In this document: in pieces, positions 47,233 through 58,126 of the stretch | Layout of the letters: each line of letters begins with the position of its first letter | How positions within the stretch are numbered: the first letter of the stretch is position 1 | Source: Somniosus microcephalus | Lineage: Eukaryota | Direction: 5' to 3' | DNA length: 64,000 nt | Assembly: GCA_052327205.1 (NCBI GenBank) | Contig: JBMRGM010000036.1 | Location: 79,484,001 to 79,548,000, forward strand | Made by a program: the position numbers and the translations under genes | The notes under the pieces: model-generated | Seen by the model: only the letters and a program-made list of their open reading frames with translations | The model's database searches: none | What the model was told of the DNA's origin: nothing

Positions 47233-48368
47233 ACGGAAACACGAATAGTGGGGCAAAGCGGAGGCTGGGGGGGGGGTGGTGCACAAGAGGCCGGAGTCAG
47301 AGGAATGGAGAGATTGGCAGTAGGCGTTACAGAGATAGGGAGGGGCCAAAGCCATTGGGGGGATTTAAACACAAAGGGGTTTCTTTAAAGCGCAGTCCCA
47401 GACTAGATCGCCAGTCAACGCTTGAGGTAGCCGATCTCAGCCAGAGCTGGGGTTGGGATAGATGAGCCCGGATTCCCACTTGCTACCCAGCAACCCCTCC
47501 CCTCGCTGGGAAGGCACTTAAGCGTGATGGCCCTACCGGTCAAATAGCCTCTCAACTCACAGACTCTGGGGGTCACACAGCCGGGGGCGGGGGGGGTGCA
47601 GAGAGGGGAGGGGTGGCGCACCAGGCCCACCCAGCCAATGGCCTGGTCCCGCCATTAACCTTTAACCTCCTCACTGTAGGATGGTGGAATTTGCAAGCTC
47701 ATTCCTCAGGCGCCATTTTGCATTGCGTCAAGCTGACTGTTACCATGGCAGCTGAAACATGTTTAGACACAGGGGACACTGCGGTGGGGGTGGGGGGGTT
47801 AGAAGGTTGCAAGATCCCGCTTGTTTTATCAACAAGCTCAACCCCGATGTGCAGTTAAGTTGCCTCCTTATCAGTCTGGGCCTTGCTGGAATGTGCAGCA
47901 GCGTGGAGTTAAGTGTCTTCGAAGTCCTCCCCTCCTCTTCTGAAGATGCCGACTCTCCCTGGGCTGGGGACTCCATTGTGTGAGCTTGGCCCTGCGGAGC
48001 CTCAGCAGCCCTCGCAGCCCAGCCCAACCCTGTTCAGGGCTGGGAAACCTTGGGCTGACTTTCCCCCCTTCCTCCCCCCCACCGCCCCAGAGCCCAGGAA
48101 AAGCCACTAACCCTCCATCCTGCTTCAGCTCAGACCTGGGATCTTCCCCTGCACTGCAAGTCAGTCTCGCACCTCAGTTTCCACCCAACCTTCCACCTGA
48201 TCCCCACCTTCCCCCCCCCCCCCCACCCCCGCCTTCCCTTCTCTAAGTGAGTGTGTTCTATCTGAAATTATATTGCCAGTGACTTGCCCAATGCGGTACC
48301 CACAGTCAGGTCATGAGATTTTTTTAAATATTAAAGATGGTGGCAGGTTCAGGAGAAACTCACTCCAC

Positions 48369-48387
48369 CGCACCACCTAGTGGCCAG
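48369..48387 (-). promoter_or_regulatory. CTCF-like motif
   Basis: Minus strand CTGGCCACTAGGTGGTGCG, close to consensus TGGCCACCAGGGGGCGC. Confidence 0.5.
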
Positions 48388-48584
48388 AGCTCGCAACTAC
48401 ACTGTGACCGTTGACATAGCAAAATTGAATGGGAAATGTTGACGTAGTCATTTATAATGGGAGACGTCGCCAGAAAATCATGAACAAAAAAGCCTGAGAA
48501 CAGAAAGTAAGTTTTGTGGACAGGAAGACTTTTAATAATGGTATATAGATGTGCTTTGCAAGCATAAAATCTCAGGAATCTGGC

Positions 48585-49335
48585 CTCCATCCCTCTCCCT
48601 GGCAACTGTCTGAGGCTGAACCAGACTGTTCGCAAACTTGGCATCATATTTGACCCCGAGCTGAGCTTTGGACCACATATCCACACCATAACTAAGATCG
48701 CCTATTCCCACCTCCGTAGCATTGCCCGACTCTGCCCCTGCCTCAGCTCATCTTCTGCTGAAACCCTCTAGACTTTACTATTCCAACGCTTTCCTGGTCG
48801 GCCTCCCACATTCTACCCTATGTAAACTTGAGGTCATCCAAAACTCTGCTGCCCCGTGTCCTAACTCGCACCAAGTCCCGTTCACCCGTCACCCCCTGTG
48901 TTCGCTGACCTACATCAACTCCCATCCGGCAATGCCTCGATTTTAAAATTCTCATCCTTGTTTTCAAATTGCTCCGTGGCCCTCGCCCCTCCCTATCTCT
49001 GTAACCTCCTTCAGCTCTACAACCCTCCGAGATCTCTGCGCTCCTCCAATTCTGGCCTCTTGAGCATCCCCCAATTTTAATCGCTCCACCATTGGCGGCT
49101 GTGCCTTCAGCCGCCTGGGCCCTAAGCTCTGGAATTCCCTCCCTAAACCTCTCCGCCTCTCTCTCCTCCTTTAAGACGCTCCTTAAAACCGACCTCTTTG
49201 ACCAAGCTTTTGGTCACCTGTCCTAATATCTCCTTATGTGGCTCGGTGTCAAATTTTGTTTGATAATCGCTCCTGTGAAGCACCTTGGGACGTTTTACTA
49301 CATTAAAGGCGCCGTATAAATGCAAGATGCTGATG
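48585..49335 (+). mobile_element. L2 LINE 3' fragment
   Basis: Decayed L2 RT C-terminus (SRLYYSNAFLVGLP..IQNSAA) and 3' end. Confidence 0.88.
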
Positions 49336-49859
49336 TTAAATCTACTTCAACATTGGTTTGTGACATTGAATTTCATATTCTAACTACCAGACAAGCCCTC
49401 TGACAATGCAGCACTCCCTCAGTACTGCACTGCCGCGTGTTAGCCTGGATTACGCGCCCAAGTCTCTGGAGTGGAATATGGAATAGGAACATAGGAACTC
49501 CCGGAGGAGGCCATTCAGCCCCTCCACCCTGTTCCGCCATTCAATCAGATCTGTATCTTAACTCCCTCTAATCCGTGCTGTCCCACAGACTGGGTGCTGG
49601 AGGGCAGTCAGTGCGGTGGAACCCGTAACCCCATCGAGAGCTGCAGCGCCCTCAGGGGCAAAAAAAAACAAATTTAAAACAAAACCCTTGATCCTCACAC
49701 AGGATAATTGCTTCTCATCTTCTCCTGCACCGCCCGGGGACAAAACTTTTAACTTACTTCAAACAATGAGCTTTTCTCTTCAAGGGGAAGATATGTTTTT
49801 GTTGTGTGTGTGTGTGTCTGTGTGCCAGGGATAATAATGAGATCATTTGAAAAGCCTCC

Positions 49860-49942
49860 CACCAGCCAATTGCAAGATTCCTGCTCTCAGGAATCAAAGG
49901 GCTGCCAGGCCACGCCCCCCTCGGGGCGCCACGTGACCGGCC
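49860..49942 (+). promoter_or_regulatory. putative DACT promoter elements (CCAAT, KLF/SP GC box, E-box)
   Basis: AGCCAAT, GCCACGCCCCC and GCCACGTGAC clustered ~320-400 bp upstream of the ATG. Confidence 0.45.
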
Positions 49943-49967
49943 CAGCCTATCGGCAGCTGCCTGCCTG

Positions 49968-50187
49968 TTACATTGTGTCGATTTCTCAGCGAAACCGACT
50001 CGATACATTTCCGAAGAGTTGCATTGTGTCGATTGCTCAGTGGAAACTGACTGGATACATTTCCGAAGAGTTACATTGTGTCGATTTCTCAGTGGAAACT
50101 TACTGGATACATTCCAGCCGAGTTACATTGTGTCGATTTCTCAGCGGAAACTTACTGGATACATTTCAGAGGAGTTACATTGTGTCC
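49968..50187 (+). repeat. 52-bp tandem repeat, ~4.2 copies
   Basis: TT(A/G)CATTGTGTC at 49968, 50019, 50071, 50123, 50175. Confidence 0.9.
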
Positions 50188-50262
50188 AGATCCTTGTTAC
50201 TTTCCCTGGAGAGGGAGGTTGGGGGGAAAGGAGAGGTGAGAGGAGAACCCCCGGGGCTCACC

Positions 50263-50511
50263 ATGGCTCGGAAGGCGGGTGCAAGCGCCCCCAACCCCGG
50301 GCTCGACAGGAACCGGATCGGGGAAAGGTTGGAAGCCAGCTTGGCCGGGCTGCAAGAACTTCGGCTGCTCCGGGAGAGGCAGGAAGAGACGGTGCGGCGG
50401 GTGCTGGCGGGGCAGCAGGAGGAGGAGCAGGAGGAGGAGGATGCAGCCGGCAGCGATGGACAGCAGAGCCCGGGTGGTCTCCAGCCCGTGGGAAGAGCCG
50501 GCAGCGAGCAG
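50263..50511 (+). CDS. DACT: Dapper (DACT) family protein, first coding exon; DACT2/DACT4-type N-terminus
   Basis: Kozak CACCATGG; GLDRNRIGERLEASLAGLQELRLLRERQEETVRRVL matches the Dapper N-terminal motif (R-L-x-A-x-LAGLxEL-x-x-LR-x-x-Q); CAG|GTAGGA donor. Confidence 0.8.
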
Positions 50512-50539
50512 GTAGGAGAGGGGCCGAGGGGACCCCGGG

Positions 50540-52535
50540 ATCAGATTGGGATGCAATGGTTGGGATCATGCTGGGAGGTAATGGATGGGATCAGACTGGG
50601 ATGTAATGGATGGGATCAGACTGGGATGGATTGGATGGGATCAGACTGGGATGGATTGGTTGGGATCAGACTGGGATGGATTGGTTGGGATCAGACTGGG
50701 ATGGATTGGTTGGGATCAGACTGGGATGGATTGGTTGGGATCAGACTGGGATGGATGGGATCAGACTGGGATGGATTGGTTGGGATCAGACTGGGATGGA
50801 TGGGATCAGACTGGGATGTAATGGATGGGATCAGACTGGGATGGATTGGATGGGATCAGACTGGGATGGATTGGATGGGATCAGACTGGGATGGATTGGA
50901 TGGGATCAGACTGGGATGGATTGGTTGGGATCAGACTGGGATGGATTGGTTGGGATCAGACTGGGATGGATGGGATCAGACTGGGATGGATTGGATGGGA
51001 TCAGACTGGGATGGATTGGTTGGGATCAGACTGGGATGGATGGGATCAGACTGGGATGGATTGGTTGGGATCAGGCTGGGAGGTAATGGATGGGATCAGA
51101 CTGGGATGTAATGGATGGGATCAATCTGGGATGGATTGGATGGGATCAGATTGGGATGTAATAGATGGGATCAATCTGGGATGGATTGGATGGAATCAGA
51201 CTGGGATGGATTGGATGGGATCAATCTGGGATGGATTAGATGGGATCAATCTGGGATGGATTAGATGGGATCAGACTGGGATGGATTGGTTGGGATCAGA
51301 CTGGGATGGATTGGTTGGGATCAGACTGGGATGGATTGGTTGGGTTCAGACTGGGATGGATTGGATGGGATCAATCTGGGATGGATTGGATGAGATCAGA
51401 CTGGGATGGATTGGTTGGGATCAGACTGGGATGGATTGGTTGGGATCAGACTGGGATGGATGGGATCAGACTGGGATGTAATGGTTGGGATCAGACTGGG
51501 ATGGATTGGTTGGGATCAGACTGGGATGTAATGGATGGGATCAATCTGGGATGGATTGGTTGGGATCAGACTGGGATGGATTGGTTGGGATCAGACTGGG
51601 ATGGATTGGTTGGGATCAATCTGGGATGGATTGGATGGGATCAATCTGGGATGGATTGGATGGGATCAATCTGGGATGGATTGGATGGGATCAATCTGGG
51701 ATGGATTGGTTGGGATCAGACTGGGATGGATTGGTTGGGATCAGACTGGGATGTAATGGATGGGATCAATCTGGGATGGATTGGTTGGGATCAGACTGGG
51801 TTGGATTGGTTGGGATCAGACTGGGATGGATTGGTTGGGATCAATCTGGGATGGATTGGATGGGCTCAATCTGGGATGGATTGGATGGGATCAACCTGGG
51901 ATGGATTGGATGGGATCAATCTGGGATGGATTGGATGGGATCAGACTGGGATGGATTGGTTGGGATCAGACTGGGATGGATTGGATGGGATCAATCAGGG
52001 ATGGATTGGATGGAATCAGACTGGGATGGATTGGGATCAGACTGGGATGGATTGGTTGGGATCAGACTGGGATGGATTGGATGGGATCAGACTGGGATGG
52101 ATTGGTTGGGATCAGACTGGGATGGATTGGTTGGGATCAGACTGGGATGGATTGGATGGGATCAGACTGGGATGTAATGGATGGGATCAGACTGGGATGG
52201 ATTGGATGGGATCAATCTGGGATGGATTGGATGGGATCAATCTGGGATGGATTGGATGGGATCAGACTGGGATAGCTTGGATGGGATCAATCTGGGATGG
52301 ATTGGATGGGATCAATCTGAGATGGATTGGATGGGATCAATCTGGGATGGATTAGATGGGATCAATCTGGGATGGATTAGATGGGATCAGACTGGGATGG
52401 ATTGGTTGGGATCAGACTGGGGTGGATTGGATGGGATCAGACTGGGATGGATTGGATGGGATCAGACTGGGATGGATTGGTTGGGATCAATCTGGGATGC
52501 AATAGTTGGGATCAGACTGGGTGCAATGGATGGGA
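50540..52535 (+). repeat. 25-bp (with 20-bp variants) G-rich minisatellite, ~80 copies (TGGGATCAGACTGGGATGGATTGG(T/A))
   Basis: Period 25 measured at 50641/50666/50691. Confidence 0.97.
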
Positions 52536-53029
52536 CCGAGGCCCCGTCTGGCCTCTCGGGTCGATGGTAAAGGTCCCGCAGCTCTGCCAAAAGCAGATTA
52601 ATTAGTTGCTCGCCTCGTTGTGGGATCTTGCTGTGTACAAGATGGCTACCGTGTCCGCCCCCAGTTCAAAGTAATTGGTGTTTTACTGGGATAGTAAAGA
52701 TAATCCCAGAAAATATACATCTGGGGCAACGGGACATGGTGGGTGGGTGTGAGGGAAAGTTCACAACAGATGCCAGGAAGTGCTCCTCTACACAGGGGTT
52801 CTGGGAGACCCAATCTCCATGTGCCGCCTCCACTGGTCAAACAGCCCCTTTTATTCCAGAAGGAGGCTTTTAGGTCCAGTCTTTCCTGGGCCTCCTATTC
52901 TGCTGTCAGAATCAGGGAGCCGGATTTAGCAAGGGAGACGGTCTCCCGGAACCCCGACTGGCCAAGCGGGTTGCAGATGTTGATTCAACAGCTGGAAGGG
53001 GGCTGGCCAGGAAGGCTGGTGGAGGCCAG

Positions 53030-53320
53030 GGCGTGCGGGGCTCCTTTAAGACCCAGCTGCACAGCGCACTGGGGGAAGCAAGAGAACAGGGTGCGGGGCC
53101 CCTTTAAGACCCAGCTGCACAGCGCGCTGGGGGAGACAGGAAGGCAAGGTGCAGGGCCCCTTTAAGACCCAGCCTCACAGGACGCTGGGGGAGACAGGAA
53201 GGCAAGGTGTGGGGGCCCTTTAAGACCCAGCTGCACAGCGTGCTGGGGGAGACAGGAAGCCAAGGTGCGGGGCCCCTTTAAGACCCAGCTGCACAGGACG
53301 CTGGAGGAGACAGGAAGAGG
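53030..53320 (+). repeat. 58-59-bp tandem repeat, ~5 copies
   Basis: TTTAAGACCCAGC at 53044, 53103, 53161, 53219, 53277. Confidence 0.9.
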
Positions 53321-53689
53321 CACAATAGACCGAAGGGCATCCTTCATCGAAAGCAACCTTGCGGCGGGTCTCACACACACACTGTCGGCCAGTCTTTGCC
53401 TTTTCAAATGCTGATTAGACGCCGTGCCTCTGTGTTTTGATTCTATGGCCCTGGTTGGATGGTTAAGCTGCCTGGAAACTGTCCTGGAGAGCGTTTGAAT
53501 GGGGGCTACTTTGCACCTTGGCTCCCTTTTGAAAATGTGGCACTCCACATCATCTAAAGCGGGGGGTGGGGGTGGGGGTGGGGGGTTGTCCTGTGCCCTC
53601 TGCGATAGTCTCTGTCGAGCAGGGCTCCGTCATTGAGGGGTTGTTGGGGAGCTGGGCGTGGGGCGGGGGAGGGAGGTTGCTTTGACATT

Positions 53690-54650
53690 GAGACAGTCCA
53701 CACGGGCTCACGTGCGTTCAGTTCTGGGCACCGCACCTCGCGAGGGGTATATTGGCTTTGGAGGGGGTGCAGCAGGGCGCGGATTCACCAGAATAATACC
53801 GGGGGGGGGGGCTAAAAGGGGTTAAATTGTGAGCACAGACTGGGCTTGTATTCCCTCAAGTTTAGAAGATTAAGGGGCGATCTAATCGAGGTGTTTAAGA
53901 TGATTAAAGGATTCGATAGGGTGGATGGAGAGAAACTTTCCTCTGGTGGGGGGAGTCCAGAACAAGGGGGCGTCACCTTAAAATTAGAGCCAGGCCGTTC
54001 AGGGGTGATGTCAGGAAGCACTTCTTCACACAAAGGGTGGTGGAAATCGGGAACTCTCTCCCCCAAAAAGCTGTGGATGCCGAGGGTCAACTGGAGCTTT
54101 CATGACTGAGACTGATAGATTTTTGTTGGGTAAGGGTATCGAGGGATACGGAGCGAAGGCGGGTAAATGGGATCGGGTAACGGGTCAGCTACGATCGGAC
54201 TGGAGACAGAGATGCACTTCCTCACAGCTTGTAGAAAATATCAGGGCATAAGGGAGAATTTCTACCCAAAATTCACAAAAATATGCCCGGAATTCAGAAA
54301 TTTGAATGACGACCAAAAACTCCCATACCTACTAGGGGAAGAGAGAAATTGTGTAAGCTTAGCGGCACACTATGTTACAGCTTGCCATAAACAGAGGGAC
54401 AACCACTAAATATAAGAAAAGAGTATATACAAATTATATGAATGTATATTTATACACTCAGGGATATATCTGTTTGTACACTGTATGGATAGATCTGTAT
54501 TTTTGTGTACAACCATGAATGTTTTTCGATGCTTTGGTAACATAAGATGTACCTTGTCATCATGCCAATAAAGCGATTTGAATTGAATTGAATTGAATTG
54601 AATGGGGGGGGGGGAGCAGGCTCGAGGGGCTGACTTACCTCCTCCTGTCC
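53690..54650 (+). mobile_element. decayed CR1 3' fragment, interrupted at ~54200-54600
   Basis: RRLRGDLIEVFKMIKGFDRVD; 3' motif resumes at 54603. Confidence 0.8.
54200..54603 (+). mobile_element. 3' end of a non-LTR retrotransposon with C-terminal zinc-knuckle and (TTGAA)n tail, probably RTEX-like
   Basis: ETEMHFLTAC..LPYLLGE..ACHKQR*, AATAAA, (TTGAA)5; clade assignment is from memory of fish elements. Confidence 0.6.
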
Positions 54651-54874
54651 CCATCAGAGGCAGAGTGACCCCTGCGTTCAAAGAGCGAGTGAGAGGAGCA
54701 CCGGGTAATTCCTGCGACAGCGTGACTGTAAGCTGGAGTTACAGGGTCAGTCCCTCCTGGGGCCAGCCCACAGGACATCCCCTTTAATGAGACGCGGCTT
54801 CACTCTGTGTCCCCCCCCGACCTCAGTAAAGTGCGGTGTTCTCGTGCTGCGTCCGTTTGAACCAAGTGTCAGAT

Positions 54875-54980
54875 TGGCTCAGTGGGTCTCTCTCTCTCTC
54901 TCGCCCCTGAGTCAGAAGGTCGTGGGTTCGAGTCCCGCTCCAGAGGCTTGAGTACAAAGATCCAGGCCGACACTCTCAGT
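54875..54980 (+). mobile_element. tRNA-derived SINE head
   Basis: TGGCTCAGTGG A box, GGTTCGAGTCC B box. Confidence 0.65.
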
Positions 54981-54984
54981 GAAA

Positions 54985-56310
54985 ACAATTGCATTTCTAT
55001 AGCACCTTTCACATCCTCAGGACGTCCCAAAGCGCTTTACAGCGAATGAAGTACTTTTGAAGTGTGGTCACTGTTGTAATGTGGGAAACGCGGCAGCCAA
55101 TTTGCGCACAGCAAGCTCCCACAAACAGCACTGGGATAATGACCGGATCATCTGTTTTAGTGATGTTGATTGTGGGATAAATATTGGCCCCCAGGACACT
55201 GGGGAGAATTCCCCTGCTCTTCTTCAAAATATTGCTGTGGGATCTTTTACGTCCACCTGAGAGAGCAGACGGGGCCTCGGGTTTAACGTCTCATCCAAAA
55301 GACGGCACCTCCGACAGTGCGGCGCTCCCTCAGTACTGCTCCTCCGACAGTGCGGCGCTCCCTCAGTACTGCCCCTCCGACAGTGCAACGCTCCCTCAGT
55401 ACTGCCCCTCCGACAGCGCGGCGCTCCCTCAGTACTGCCCCTCCGACAGCACGGCGCTCCCTCAGTACTGCCCCTCCGACAGTGCGGCGCTCCCTCAGTA
55501 CTGCCCCTCCGACAGTGTGGCGCTCCCTCAGTACTGCTCCTCCGACAGTGCGGCGCTCCCTCAGTACTGCCCCTCCGACAGTGCGGCGCTCCCCCAGTAC
55601 TGCCCCTCCGACAGTGCGGTGCTCCCTCAGTACTGACCCTCTGACAGTGTGGCACTCCCTCAGTACTGCCCCTCTGACAGTGCGGCGCTCCCTCAGTACT
55701 GCCCCTCCGACAGTGCGGCGCTCCCTCAGTACTGCCCCTCCGACAGTGCGGCGCTCCCTCTGTACTGCCCCTCCAACAGTGTGGCGCTCCCTCAGTACTG
55801 CCCCTCCGACAGTGCGGCGCTCCCTCAGTACTGCCCCTCCGACAGTGCGGTGCTCCCTCAGTACTGACCCTCTGACAGTGTGGCACTCCCTCAGTACTGC
55901 CCCTCTGACAGTGCGGCGCTCCCTCAGTACTGCCCCTCCGACAGTGCGGCGCTCCCTCAGTACTGCCCCTCCGACAGTGCGGCGCTCCCTCTGTACTGCC
56001 CCTCCGACAGTGTGGCGCTCCCTCAGTACTGCCCCTCCGACAGTGCGGCGCTCCCTCAGTACTGCCCCTCCGACAGTGCGGTGCTCCCTCAGTACTGCCC
56101 CTCCGACAGTGTGGCACTCCCTCAGTACTGCCCCTCTGACAGTGTGGCACTCCCTCAGTACTGCCCCTCCGACAGTGCGGCGCTCCCTCAGTATTGCTCC
56201 TCCGACAGTGTGGCACTCCCTCAGTACCGCCCCTCCGACAGCGTGGCACTCCCTCAGTACTGCCCCTCCAACAGTGTGGCACTCCCTCAGTACTGCCCCT
56301 CTGATAGTGG
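54985..56310 (-). mobile_element. Deu-SINE (SacSINE1-like) with 33-bp minisatellite (~30 copies, 55307-56305)
   Basis: Deu domain at ~55085-55125; unit CAGTACTGCCCCTCCGACAGTGCGGCGCTCCCT. Confidence 0.88.
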
Positions 56311-56484
56311 ATGAGTGCCCCACCAGGTGTGGTGTTGTGCGGGGTGGGCTGATCATAATTGGGGCATGAAGGAAAGGTGCTGTGGTTGTCCTCGCGCCCT
56401 GACTTGGATATATATTATTGTTCCTTCATCGTCGCTGGATCAAAATCCTGGAACTCCCTCCCTAACAGCACTGTGGGAGCACCT

Positions 56485-57055
56485 TCTCTTCTTAGGCAGT
56501 CCCTCGGAACCGAGGATGACTTGCTTCCTCGCTAAAAATGAGTTCTCAGGTGACTGATGAGTCCGATGCGGGACCTACAGTCTCTGTCACAGGTGGGGCA
56601 GACGGTGGTTGAAGGGGCGGGTGGGTGGGGTGCTTGGGTTGACGTGCGCTCCTTCCGCTGTTTGCGCTTGGCTTCCGCTTGCTCCCGGTGAAGAGACTCA
56701 AGGTATTCGGCGCCTTCCCGGATGCTTCTCCTCCACTTTGTGCGGTCTTGGGCCAGGGATTCCCAGGTGTCGGTGGGGATGTTGCACTTTTTCAAGGAGG
56801 CTTTGAGGGGTGTCCTCGAAGTGTTTCCTCTGCCCACCTGGGGCTCTCTTGCCGTGTCGGAGCTCCGAGTAGAGCGCTTGTTTTTGGAGTCTCGTATCGG
56901 GCATGCGGACAATGTGACCCGTCCATCGGAGCTGATCGAGCGTGGTCAAAGCTTTGATGCTGGGGATGTTGGCCTGAGCGAGAACACTGACGTTGGTGCG
57001 TCTATCCTGCCAATGGATTTGCAGGATCTTGCGGAGGACCTTCACCACATGGACA
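56485..57055 (-). mobile_element. RTE-clade (BovB-like) LINE 3' fragment
   Basis: LRKILQIHWQDRRTN..LRWTGHIVRMPD..LYSEL..GGQRK, and C2H2 finger CPTCDRDCRSRIGLISHLRTH. Confidence 0.88.
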
Positions 57056-58126
57056 GCAGCGGCTCCAGAAAAAGAGACCTTGGTTAGACCACACTTGGAG
57101 CACTGTGCTCAATTCTGGTCTCCATATTATAAAAGGGATATTGAGGCACTGGAGAAGGTGCAAAAAAGATTTACAACGATGATAAGAACATAAGAAATAG
57201 GAGCAGGAGTCGGCCATTCGGCCCCTCGAGCCTGCTCCGCCATTCAATAAGATCATGGCTGATCTTCTACCTCAACTCCACTTTCCCGCCCAATCCCCAT
57301 ATCACTCGATTCCCTTAATATCCAAAAATCTATCGATCTCTGTCTTGAATATACTCAACGACTGAGCCTCCACAGCCCTCTGGGGTAGAGAATTCCAAAG
57401 ATTCACCACCCTCTGAGTGAAGAAATTCCTCCTCATCTCAGTCCTAAATGGCCGACCCCTTATTCTGAGACTGTGACCCCTGGTTCTAGACTCTCCAGCC
57501 AGGGGGAAACATCCTCCCTGCATCTACCCTGTCGAGCCCTGTTAGAATTTTGTATGTTTCAATGAGATCACCTCTCATTCTTCTAAACTCTAGAGAATAT
57601 AGGCCCAGTCTACTCAATCTCTCCTCATAGGACAATCCCCCCATCCCAGGAACCAGTCTGGTGAACCTTCGCTGCACTCCCTCTATGGCAAGTATATCCT
57701 TCCTTAGGTAAGGAGACCAAAACTGTCCACAATACTCCAGGTGTGGTCTCACCAGGACCTATATAATTGCAGTAAGACGTCTTTACTCTTATACTCAAAT
57801 CCTCTTGTAATAAAGGCCAACATACCATTTGCTTTCCTAATTGCTTGCTGTACCTGCATGTTAACTTTCTGTGATTCGTGTACAAGGACACCCAGGTCCC
57901 TCTGAACACCAACATTTCCCAATCTCTCACCATTTAAAAAATACTCTACTTTTCTATTTTTCCTACCAAAGTGGATAACTTCATATTTCTCCACGTTATA
58001 TTCCACTTGCCATGTTCTTGCCCACTCACTTAGCCTGTCTATATCCCCTTGAAGCCTCCTTGCATCCTCCTCACAACTTACATTCCCACCCAGCTTTGTA
58101 TCAGCAGCAAACTTGGATATATTACA

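Noticed and set aside
45632-47372. 450-540-aa repetitive ORFs (also 55224-56369)
   Set aside because: 33-bp SINE-derived minisatellite open in most frames on both strands
49804-52605. 435-aa ORF and Trp/Gly/Asp-repeat ORFs
   Set aside because: Only 50263-50511 is Dapper-like; the rest is read-through into upstream and intronic minisatellites
52900-53030. Possible DACT exon 2 (GLQMLIQQLEG)
   Set aside because: Poor match to the LRxxDxGLxxxLxxLDxQIS motif and no convincing splice sites
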